Source of the DNA: Malacoraja senta
Taxonomy: Eukaryota
Reading direction: 5' to 3'
NCBI GenBank assembly: GCA_038087875.1
Contig: JAXLNO010006024.1
Location: forward strand, 1-36,797
DNA length: 36,797 nucleotides
A program made the position numbers and the translations under genes. Below, piece by piece: positions 1-8,248 of this stretch (its first letter is position 1; every line of letters starts with the position of its first letter). The notes below the pieces were generated by a model. That model ran no database searches. It was not told the origin of the DNA and saw only the letters and a list, made by a program, of their open reading frames with translations.

Positions 1-1009
1 TAATCTAATATCGTATTATATAATATCATTTTAAACATAGAAATACCCACAACAGAAGGAATTAGAAGAGACTGGGAACAAGAATTAGCTATAAAAATTT
101 CAAAAGAGAGCTGGGATAACCACTTACTACAGGTGCATAAATGTTCGATCAACGTATACGCTCATCCAATTCAAAACATTACATAGACTATATTATTCAA
201 AAACTAAATTAAATAAAATCTTTCCTAATGTTTCACCAATCTGTGATAAATGTCTATGTCAAGAAGCTACCATAGCGCATTCTTTTGTTTTTTGTACAAA
301 AATCCAAAAATTTTGGTATGAAATATTTGATATTTTCTCAAAATTAATTAAAATAAAACTGGTACCAAAACCAGAATGGATCATTTTTGGAATATCGGAA
401 GGTATCCCTGAATTAAACGTGTATCAGAAGAACTTATTCAATTACGGGCTAATAATGGGAAAAAGGCTCATACTTAAATTCTGGAAAAATGCGCCCACAC
501 CAACAATAAAAATGTGGACATCAAATATGTTGGAAACATTACATCTGGAACAGATGAGATTCCTCTTAGCAGGGAAAGCAGACCAATTCCAAAAGACGTG
601 GTCTACGTTTTTGGACCTATTACAAGCATGAGGTGCAATAGTAATTTAAAAAATAAAGAAAGAAAGAAATGGTATCAGGACCTGGTAATGGGAGATAAAA
701 CAATAAAAACAGACTTGGTCGGTGGTTCCCTTTCTGCGATTGTTCCTACTTTTTTTTCTTTCTTTTCTAGGATCTACTTTCTTACTTTACTTCCTTCTCT
801 AACTTCTTTTCTAAGGGGCTTTCTTTTCACAACACTCTCTTGCACCTCACGACTCTTGCGCACTTTCTTTACTTTTCTTACTTCTATCTTTCTCTTAAAG
901 CTCAAAAAAAATGAAGCGGTATAAAAAATGTATTAAGATATAAGTGTTGTGTATTACTGTAATTTACCGTACTTCTAATAAAAATAATTAAAAAAAAAAA
1001 AAAAAAAAA
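1..1009 (+). mobile_element. L1/Tx1-clade LINE 3' end (ORF2 C-terminus, 3'UTR, poly-A); partial copy
   Basis: CDKCLCQEATIAHSFVFC CCHC zinc knuckle at ~242-295; ORF2 ends ...TWSTFLDLLQA* at 631; pyrimidine-rich 3'UTR; AATAAA then an A-tail ending at 1009. Confidence 0.9.
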
Positions 1010-1167
1010 CATATTCACCAATCAGGACATGATATATATCACAATGACATGCAGCAAAATTATAATACTGTATCTCAACTCTTTTTACACGTTGCAATGA
1101 ATGCAATGTCTATTATTTCTTTCCACTTCCAAACAAAAATGTGGTTGGATTATTCAGCGTATGATCA

Positions 1168-1766
1168 ACCGAAGCGCAGGCTTGGCGATCGCTTCGCACA
1201 ACACCTCCACTCAGTTCGCAATAACTAACCTGATGTCCCGGTGGCTCAGCACTTCAACTCCCCCTCCCATTCCGAATCCGACCTTTCTGTCCTGGGCCTC
1301 CTCCATGGCCAGAGTGAGGCCCGCCGCATATTGGAGGGGCAGCACCTCATATTTGCTTGGGTAATTTACACCCCAGCGCTATGCACATCGGCTTTTCTAA
1401 TTTCAGGTAGTCCTTGCTTTCTCCCTCGAATTCCCAGCTCTCCCACAGCCTACTGTCTCCGCCTCTTCCTTTCTTTTTCATGTCACCCATCCCCCCCCCT
1501 ACATCAATCTGAAGAAGGGTCTCGACCCGAAACATCGTCTATTCCTTCGCTCCACAGATGCTGCCTCACCCGCTTATTTTCTCCAGCTTTTTTGTCTACC
1601 AATGGGACCCACCACTGGCCACATCTTCCCATCTCCTCCCCTGTTGGCTTTCCGTAGAGACCGCTCTCTCCGTAACTCCCTGGTCGATTCGTCCCTTCCC
1701 ACCCAAACCACCCCCTCTCCTGGCACTTTCCCTTGCAATCGCAGGAAATGCTACACTTGTCCTTTT
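1168..1766 (+). mobile_element. Penelope-like retroelement fragments (GIY-YIG endonuclease C-terminus, 3' terminus, then a Cys-rich linker piece); also at 11799-12396, 22428-23012, 33064-33661
   Basis: KRRLGDRFAQHLHSVRNN*PDVPVAQHFNSPSHSESDLSVLGLLH...QHLIF/LG...FSNFR* followed by TTGHIFPSPPLLAFRRDRSLRNSLV...GTFPCNRRKCYTCPF. The out-of-order partial-tandem layout is typical of PLEs. Confidence 0.85.
1509..1539 (+). ncRNA. Minimal hammerhead-ribozyme-like motif in the Penelope terminus; also at 12139, 22769, 33404
   Basis: CTGAAGA-A-GGGTCTCGACCC-GAAAC-ATC-GTC gives a CUGANGA core, stem II, GAAA and a GUC triplet. Stem I pairing is poor, so activity is uncertain. Confidence 0.6.
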
Positions 1767-1807
1767 AATTAAGTTTAAGACTATGGGACTGTACATTGGC
1801 CATAAAA

Positions 1808-2452
1808 TTGCTGCCTAAAAGTGCCAGGGACCCGGAATTGATCCTGAATATGGGTGCTGTCTGTATGGAGTTTGCTCCTTTTCCCTTTGATCGCATGTGT
1901 TTTCTCCGGGTGCTCTTGTTTCCTTCCACATTCCAAAGGTGTGCAGGAACCTATTTCAGACCCAACCCAAAACGTAATATTTTCCTTTTGTCCAGAGATT
2001 CTGTCTGACCTGTTGAGTTACTCCAGCTTTTTGTGTCTATCTTCAGTTTAAACCAGCATCTGCAGTTCCTTCCTACACACACGATACTATACAATAGAAC
2101 GTTATTAATCCCAGGTGGGAAATTGTATGTGTGTGTGGGTATATATTTAATACACACACACACATATATATTTATATAGTTATATATTCATATATAAATA
2201 TACACCGTTTTGTTTTCTCGTTTATAACATTGTTTACAGAGTACTATGTTTACATATGCTGTTGTGCTGCTGCAAGTAAGGATTTCATTGTTCTAACTGG
2301 GACGTGAGAGAATAAAACACTCTTGACTCTTGACTTACTTCGCTAATGTGTGGGAAAGAACTAGTGTACGGGTGATCAATGGTCGGCGTGGACTCGGTGG
2401 CCTGAAGGGCCTGTTTCCACGCTGTCTTTAAATTAAACTAAAGACACTAAAA
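1808..2452 (+). mobile_element. HE1-like tRNA-derived SINE split in two (1808-1947 and 2340-2452) by inserted repeat fragments
   Basis: The 5' part (TTGCTGCC...GACCCGG...GGGTGCTGTCTGTATGGAGTTTG) and 3' part (GGTCGGCGTGGACTCGGTGGCCTGAAGGGCCTGTTTCCACGCTGT...AAACTAAA) match the SINE copies at 7878-8534 on the other strand. Confidence 0.75.
2210..2336 (+). mobile_element. 3' tail of an unassigned non-LTR retroelement ending in CTTGA repeats
   Basis: TGTGCTGCTGCAAGTAAGGATTTCATTGTTCT...AATAAAACACTCTTGACTCTTGACTT; a related copy lies in reverse at 2643-2841. Confidence 0.55.
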
Positions 2453-2463
2453 CCAGAGGGAGT

Positions 2464-2491
2464 CTAAAGAAGGGTATCTACCCGAAACGTC
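2464..2491 (+). ncRNA. Degenerate minimal hammerhead-like motif (core CUGA mutated to CUAA)
   Basis: CTAAAGA-A-GGGTATCTACCC-GAAAC-GTC, followed by a PLE-type terminal sequence. Confidence 0.45.
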
Positions 2492-2642
2492 ACCCAATTT
2501 CTTCTATCCTGAGTTGCTGGCTGCTCCGTGGAGTTCCCCCGCACAATTAAAGCATGGAATATTCTTCACCCTACCATAGTTACCCAACCAGACGCAACTA
2601 AATTTAAGGTACCTTTTTTCCCCAAAGAACCCTTTTTTGCTT

Positions 2643-2841
2643 AAGTCCAAGTCAAGAATCAAGAGAGTTTTATTGTCATGTGTCCCAGATAGGACAATGA
2701 AATTCTTGCTTGCTGCAGCACAACAGAATATGTGAACATAATACAGAACAGGAGATAAAAGTTCAGTGTGTTTATATACCATAGACCATATATATACACA
2801 ATACATAAACAGATAAAATGCAATAGGCTGTTATTGTTCAG
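2643..2841 (-). mobile_element. Second copy of the same CTTGA-tailed retroelement 3' end, minus strand
   Basis: AAGTCCAAGTCAAGAATCAAGAGAGTTTTATTGTC...AATGAAATTCTTGCTTGCTGCAGCACAA is the reverse complement of the 2250-2336 family sequence. Confidence 0.55.
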
Positions 2842-3058
2842 CCCTCTACCACCTCCAGTTTAAATTCCTTTTAGAATGTTTATGGAGGATCAGGAAACCA
2901 GAAGCGAGAGTTACTCCAGGGAGATACTCCTGATCCAGGGTCAGGGAGTGATTCTGTGTTAGTTTTCAGCGGTTGCGGCGAGGCAGCAATGGCGGCCAAA
3001 TCTCCCACAATTCAAAGCGAGGGAGAAAGTGCCCGGCGCTGACCAGTTGCCGTGGCAG

Positions 3059-3070
3059 TGCGCATGCGCA
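3059..3070. promoter_or_regulatory. Perfect NRF1-type palindrome TGCGCATGCGCA in a CpG-rich patch (2960-3199); near-match at 3123-3134
   Basis: Motif seen directly; function unshown. Confidence 0.35.
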
Positions 3071-3759
3071 GGGCGGCCGATGATGTGCGGATGTGCAGGG
3101 GAGGACGTGCTGGCCGTAACAATGCGCATGTGCAAGGCGGCCTGCCGTGCCGGCCTAATGAGGAGCGAGCGGAGAACGGAGACCCGGACACGGATAACGT
3201 GTTTTACCAGCCACTGAGCCACCAAGACAAACATTTCTTTTAATCAAACATTTTTGATTTATTCTAATGATTCATATTTCAATTCCCCAGCTCCAACAGA
3301 GAGATTTGAACATGTTTCTGGGTCAGTAGCCTGACATTCTGACTGATAATGCAACAAGTGTACATTATTCTACCAGACCACTGGGTGCATGAAAAGGATC
3401 ACCTTCAAACCAAGTGATGTTAAATACCACAACCCCCTATCCTCGCTGGATAGAATTAACCCATTCAGTGCCACCCAGAGTATACTCGGGTCAGAGTATA
3501 CAAGTGAAAAAAGAAAACAATTATTTGCAGTGAACAGGTTAAATCCTGGTCCAGACCAAAGGATTTCACATGGATGGGCATTTGCAGGGGCCTCTTCCCC
3601 AAATATTGATTCTTAGCTTTCCATTTTGGCATAACGTTAATCCCCATTTATGAAGAGCGCAATAAAACACGTTCTACAAAGAAACACTTCTGCAATAATC
3701 AGTCTGCCATTATCATGAAAAGTAATATAGTCATTCAATTTACCTACCGACCCACGTTG

Positions 3760-3875
3760 TGTCTCTCTGTCTCTCGCTCTCTCCCTCCCTCTCTCTCTCG
3801 CGGCTCTCTCTCCCCCGTGCGCTCTCTCTCCCGTGCGCGCTCTCTCTCTCCCGTTCCCCACCACTCTAGCTCTCT
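3760..3875. repeat. CT-rich low-complexity/microsatellite tract
   Basis: Interrupted (CT)n runs; source of the ERERER-type ORFs on the minus strand. Confidence 0.85.
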
Positions 3876-3965
3876 CGGCATTCCCGGAATCATTGACGTT
3901 TTGCGGTATACAAAAATGCTGGAGAAACTTAGCGGGTGAGGCAGCATCTATGGAGCGAAGGAAAT

Positions 3966-3997
3966 ATGCAACGTTTCGGGTCAAAACCCTTCTTCAG
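3966..3997 (-). ncRNA. Minimal hammerhead-like motif, minus strand
   Basis: Reverse complement reads CTGAAGA-A-GGGTTTTGACCC-GAAAC-GTTGCAT. Confidence 0.5.
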
Positions 3998-4070
3998 ACC
4001 CGGCTATTTCCTTCACTCCATGGATGCTGCCTCAAGCCCTGTCCCATTGTGCGAGTTCACACAAGAGCTT

Positions 4071-4704
4071 AAAATCTCTGGTAGCATCTCTGTCCCATCT
4101 TCAAATTCCCACTTTGAAATAAAATACAGATTTCGACTTAAACAATTTGCAGCAGGATCGCGATTAGTCGATTCCCACGCATTTTCAATCATCGTTCGAT
4201 TCAGTGTAAAAACTAGTTGATATAGTTTTTTTTTTAAGATACAGTACATTACAATAAATAGTTTCAAGCATACCCAGTACTAAACGCACGAACATTAAGG
4301 TGGTTACTGATGTTACAAACAGTTATAAATGAATATAATTTCAAAGTGAAATAGGAGATTTCCGTGGAAAGAATATTTGACCAGAATATGGCGAGGTCGC
4401 TGCAAAATGCTCACTTAAAACAATGCGCCGTCAACTCAGGATTGTTTCTTATCCCTCTGACAGGTGTTTCAATCTCACCTCGCAGCTCGCTGTTAATCGA
4501 TTCATAGCTATTAATTTTCATTCCTGGTCCGTAAACGCTTCAAGTTACGCTTCTTGTGTGGTGGTAAGGGGGGGGGGGGTGCTAGGATAAAATACCATAT
4601 ATTTGTATCTATATAGCGATCCTGCTGCGAAATTTTTGTCGCAAGTTGTAATTTATTTCAAAGTGGGAATTGGAAGATAGGGGCAGAGATGCTACAGAGA
4701 TTTT
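4071..4704. mobile_element. MITE-like element with ~90-bp imperfect terminal inverted repeats
   Basis: 4071-4161 (AAAATCTCTGGTAGCATCTCTG...CCCACTTTGAAATAAA...GCAGCAGGATCGC) is the imperfect reverse complement of 4616-4704. Confidence 0.65.
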
Positions 4705-5410
4705 GATAGGAGGGAAACGTTACAGCAGCTGAGTAAAAGATTAGTCAAATGGTAGGTTCAATGGAGATCGGGCGAGGGGGATTGGGTGTGGGGGAAAAGT
4801 ATCTATAGTTTGGGACTTGCCTAAATGAGTACTGAGATGGATTATCATTCCACACCAAATTTCTTAGACAACAATACATGTTATGCAATTATCACAACAT
4901 TTTGTTGGATATGGATCAACCTATGGTACATGCTCGTAAATTAGTAAAACAAATGTTCTTTAAGTACTGTTGTTTCTGGATGGGATTTCTGATAACAAAT
5001 AACCTACATTCTATATTTTGTCATAATGTGGCTGAAACAATGGCATATTTTGTGATATTTATTGAGATAGAAAGATACAACTGAGTTTGGGCAAGATATT
5101 ACCTTGCAACATTCTGTATGTCTGATAGATATTGTGAAATGGAACAGAAATTATGGGAGGATTGCATAAAACTACAATTCAAAGGTAATGAATATACAGA
5201 GTATTCTTATTTCCATCATGAACATACAATAGTGATATAGGGCACCAGGTCCTACTACGGTAAACTCACGAGCTACTACGGTATGACTACGTGTTAAAAA
5301 GTATAAATTTTTTACATCCTGAGTATATTTTACATGTGGACATTTTTCAACATGTTGAAAAATCTTCACAAGTTACCACGTTTCCCGAGTACCTGCCGTT
5401 AGCGCTAAGA

Positions 5411-6057
5411 AATGGCATGTTGGCCTTTATAACAGGAGGAATCGAATATAGGAGCAAAGAGGTCCTTCTGCAGTTGTAGAGTTCTAGTGAGACCGCACCT
5501 GGAGTATTGTGTGCAGTTTTGGTCCCCTAATTTGAGGAAGGACATTCTTGCTATTGAGGGAGTGCAGCGTAGGTTTACAAGGTTAATTCCCGGGATGGCG
5601 GGACTGTCATATGCTGAGAGAATGGAGCAGCTGGGCTTGTAGACTCTCGAGTTTAGAAGGATGAGAGGGAATCTCATTGAAACATATAAGATTTGTTAAG
5701 GGCTTGGACACGCTAGAGGCAGGAAACATGTTCCCGATGTTGGGGGAGTCCAGAACCAGAGGCCACAGTTTAAGAATAAGGAGTAAGCCATTTAGAACGG
5801 GGACGAGGAAACACTTTTTCTCACAGAGAGTGGTGAGTGTGGAATTCTCTGCCTCAGAGGGCGGTGGAGGCCGGTTCTCTGGATGCTTTCAAGAGAGAGC
5901 TAGATAGGGCTCTTAAAGATAGCTGAGTCAGGGGATATGGGGAGAAGGCAGGAACGGGGTACTGATTGTGGATGATCAGCCATGTTCACATTGAATGGCG
6001 GTGCTGGCTCGAAGGGCCAAATGGCCTGCTCCTGCACCAATTGTCTATTGTCTATTG
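5411..6057 (+). mobile_element. CR1/HER1-like LINE 3' fragment inserted in the Harbinger-like element
   Basis: Degenerate CR1 ORF2 end (VRPHLEYCVQFWSP, RMRGNLIETYK, GESRTRGHSL), CR1-type 3'UTR and a CTATTGT repeat tail. Confidence 0.88.
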
Positions 6058-6757
6058 AAACGTTCCGAGCTCCGACGTACCCGCTACGTTCATTCTACGT
6101 GTTTACCACGAGTTTTGATTTTTTTTTTAACTCGGGAGAGCTCTTGGGTGAACTCGCACAGTGGGACAGGGCTTCACACCCGCTGAATTTCTCCAGCATT
6201 TTTGTCTATCTTCGATTTTCCAGCATCTACAGTTCCTTCTTAGACATTGTGCGGTGACGGCTGCATCTGCGGTTCCTTTCTGTTGGGGGGAGGGGTGCGG
6301 GGGGGAGGGTCCTGGCCCGTGGCGGCTCCTGATAAGTGATATGTTTCCTCCGCAGGTGCTGCCTTGCCCGCTGAGTTCCTCCAGCACTCTGTGTTTTTTG
6401 TTTGGCTCTGAAGTTGAAGGTGGACCCCCTGTGTCTACCTTCAACTCCCTGTCTGTGGTGGCTCAGCGGGACGGGCAGGGGCTCTGGGGAGAGGGTTGCG
6501 GTTCTGGTCGAGATCCTTCTTCAGACAATCACAAGTACTCTCACCGACGAGAGTTCAGTTCAGTCTGAAGAATGGTCTTCTCTCCAGAGTCGCTGCGTTG
6601 CCTGTCCTGCTGAGCTAGTCCAGCTTTTGTCTGTCTCCAATTTCAGAGTTAGAGAAAATTGCAGACTTGATTTATAAAATCTCAAAATTTTGTAACATTG
6701 CTAGAAAATGTACTCGCATCTTGGAGGCCGAAGGTTAGGTTATTAGCCAAGAAAGAT

Positions 6758-6824
6758 GGACTTTGTTATCCCTCAGTACAGCAACATCAAGAACGATGTT
6801 GTTGTACTGAGGGATAGCCAAGTC
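6758..6824. other. Near-perfect hairpin: 22-bp stem with 6-nt loop
   Basis: TATCCCTCAGTACAGCAACATC (6767-6788) pairs with GATGTTGTTGTACTGAGGGATA (6795-6816), with one G-U pair. Confidence 0.8.
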
Positions 6825-6916
6825 TATCCCTCATTGCTAGCAGCTGATGGGAAGCGGCTGTAAAGTGGGAAGCGGCAGTAAAAGGACAGCGCTGCTGGGG
6901 GGGGGGGGGGGGAGAG

Positions 6917-7475
6917 AGAGTTCATTTCACAGCGTGTGGGTAGTCTGTCCAGGGGTAAAGTAGCGGGGAGGGCAGGAGGGTTGAGGAGGGGGTCGGCCGG
7001 GGATCATCCAACTCGAGCGGGTCAACAGGCGATGGATAACAGGACAGCGGGCGGTGGAGCTTACTCCATATGTCAGGGCGAGTAACCTCAATTGATCCCT
7101 TGTTCGCGTTGACACAGGAGTAAGCTCCACCGCCCGCTGTGATGTTATCCATCACCCGCTGACCCACTCTGCTCTATGATCTTTGCTCTTGAGCTGGTCC
7201 CCTCACTGTTCAGACGGAGAGCACTGCCAGAGGTGAGCGGGCCGTCAGAAGGCGCTGAGATGGCAGTCGGTTCCGCTGTCCGGTGATGGAGGCCGCTCGT
7301 AGCCACGCGAGCTGCTTGCCTCCCCGGCCACAATGCGGTGGCTCCGCGCCCGGAGCGCCGTGGCAGCGGTGAGTGAGTGTTACTGGCATGAACACCGACC
7401 CCCTCCTTCTCAACGCTCCTTCCATCCTCGCAACTTTACCCCTGGCTAGACCCCACACGCTGTGAAAGGAACTCT
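6917..7475. mobile_element. MITE-like element with ~78-bp imperfect outer inverted repeats and an internal 147-bp hairpin
   Basis: Outer arms at 6917-6994 and 7397-7475; inner 49-bp arms at 7019-7067 and 7117-7165. Confidence 0.6.
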
Positions 7476-7571
7476 ACCCCGAATTGTCATGTTACTCACG
7501 GCCCGTGACTCATTTATAATTATTTATTTATATTTCTACGAAATTTTTTCCCAATTGGGCCCCGCACCTCC

Positions 7572-7585
7572 TAAGGCCGGCCCTG
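7572..7585 (-). mobile_element. Terminal inverted repeat of a hAT (Tip100-like) element abutting the MHC alpha-3 remnant; also at 18204-18217 and 28827-28840
   Basis: TAAGGCCGGCCCTG (reverse complement CAGGGCCGGCCTTA) is 12/14 identical to the right TIR of the TSD-validated element at 35270-35283, and has a GGGCCC subterminal motif. The partner end is not in the window. Confidence 0.7.
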
Positions 7586-7785
7586 CTTCTACCCACGGGC
7601 CATCGATGTAACGTGGCTGAGAGATGGTGAGGGAGACCACGAGTCTGAATCCAGTGATCTGTTGCCCAATTGGGATGGGACTTACCAGCTGAAGAATACA
7701 ATTCAACTGAGTAGAGAAGATGTGGCAAAATTCTCCTGTTACATCGAACATGCAACTCTGCTGCAGGGAGTCAATGTTCCACAGG
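7586..7785 (+). pseudogene. MHC class I-like alpha-3 (Ig-C1) exon, 5'-truncated by transposon insertion
   Basis: FYPRAIDVTWLRDGEGDHESESSDLLPNWDGTYQLKNTIQLSREDVAKFSCYIEHATLLQGVNVPQ contains FYP, the conserved Trp, LPNxDGTYQ and CxIxH. It ends in a phase-1 donor CAG G|GTAAGT. Confidence 0.9.
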
Positions 7786-7877
7786 GTAAGTGGCAAGTCA
7801 ATGAGGCTGATCACTTGAGACAATAAACCTCCTGGACTGAGATAACAGCCTCAACACACTCTTAACTAAGCTGTGCA

Positions 7878-8191
7878 TTTAGACTTTAAACTTTAGAGAT
7901 ATGGTGCAGATACAGGCCCCTCAGCTCACTGAGTCCACGCTGAACAGTGATCAGCCCGTACATTTACACTAACCAACACACTGGGGACAATTTACAATTT
8001 TACCTAAGCCAAGTAACCTACAAGCATGTATGTCTTTGTAGTGTGGGAGGAAACCGAAGCACCCGGAGAAAACCCACGCAGTCACAGGGAGAACATACAA
8101 TGTCCTTGCAGACAGCACCTGTAGTCAGTATCAAACCCAGGTCTCTGGCGCAGTAAGGCAGCAGCTCTACCGCTACGCCACTGTGCCACCC
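7878..8191 (-). mobile_element. Near full-length HE1-like tRNA-derived SINE; repeated in each unit
   Basis: Reverse complement begins GGGTGGCACAGTGGCGTAGCGGTAGAGCTGCTGCC...GGGTTTGATACT (pol III A/B-box-like) and ends in a CTCTAAAGTTTAAAGTCTAAA tail. Confidence 0.85.
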
Positions 8192-8248
8192 ATTAATAAT
8201 TTGTGGTTATCTAATTGCCCAGAATTATTGATAGTCAATGGAATGTGG

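Larger units (their letters stand above)
4035..6173. mobile_element. Non-autonomous PIF/Harbinger-like DNA element; also at 14666-16809 and 25267-27434
   Basis: 35-bp TIRs at 4035-4069 and 6139-6173 (33/35 identical, AGCCCTGTCCCA...); 3-bp flanking repeat TCA at 4032-4034 and 6174-6176; internal palindrome ATTTTTCAACATGTTGAAAAAT at 5342-5363; no transposase. Confidence 0.75.

Noticed and set aside
514-924. 136-aa ORF with a hydrophobic Phe/Leu/Thr-rich C-terminus resembling a membrane protein
   Set aside because: It is an alternative frame across the L1 ORF2 end and the pyrimidine-rich L1 3'UTR; the composition explains the hydrophobicity.
1011-1165. Cys/His-containing minus-strand reading (ORF 22223-22459 in unit B) as a transposase or zinc-finger fragment
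   Set aside because: Open only in the indel-rich copy, with no recognisable BED, DDE or hAT dimerisation motif.
3285-3385. Possible degenerate tRNA-SINE head on the minus strand
   Set aside because: Too short and diverged to support without a database alignment.
3637-3984. ERERER/RARER-rich ORFs on the minus strand
   Set aside because: Translation of a CT microsatellite plus a Penelope terminus.
4878-5206. Reading frame ending ...WEDCIKLQFK before a GTAATG donor-like site, considered as an MHC alpha-1/alpha-2 exon
   Set aside because: No class I alpha-1/alpha-2 motifs (YDG.DF, C..WL..YL), an in-frame stop, and it lies inside the Harbinger-like element.
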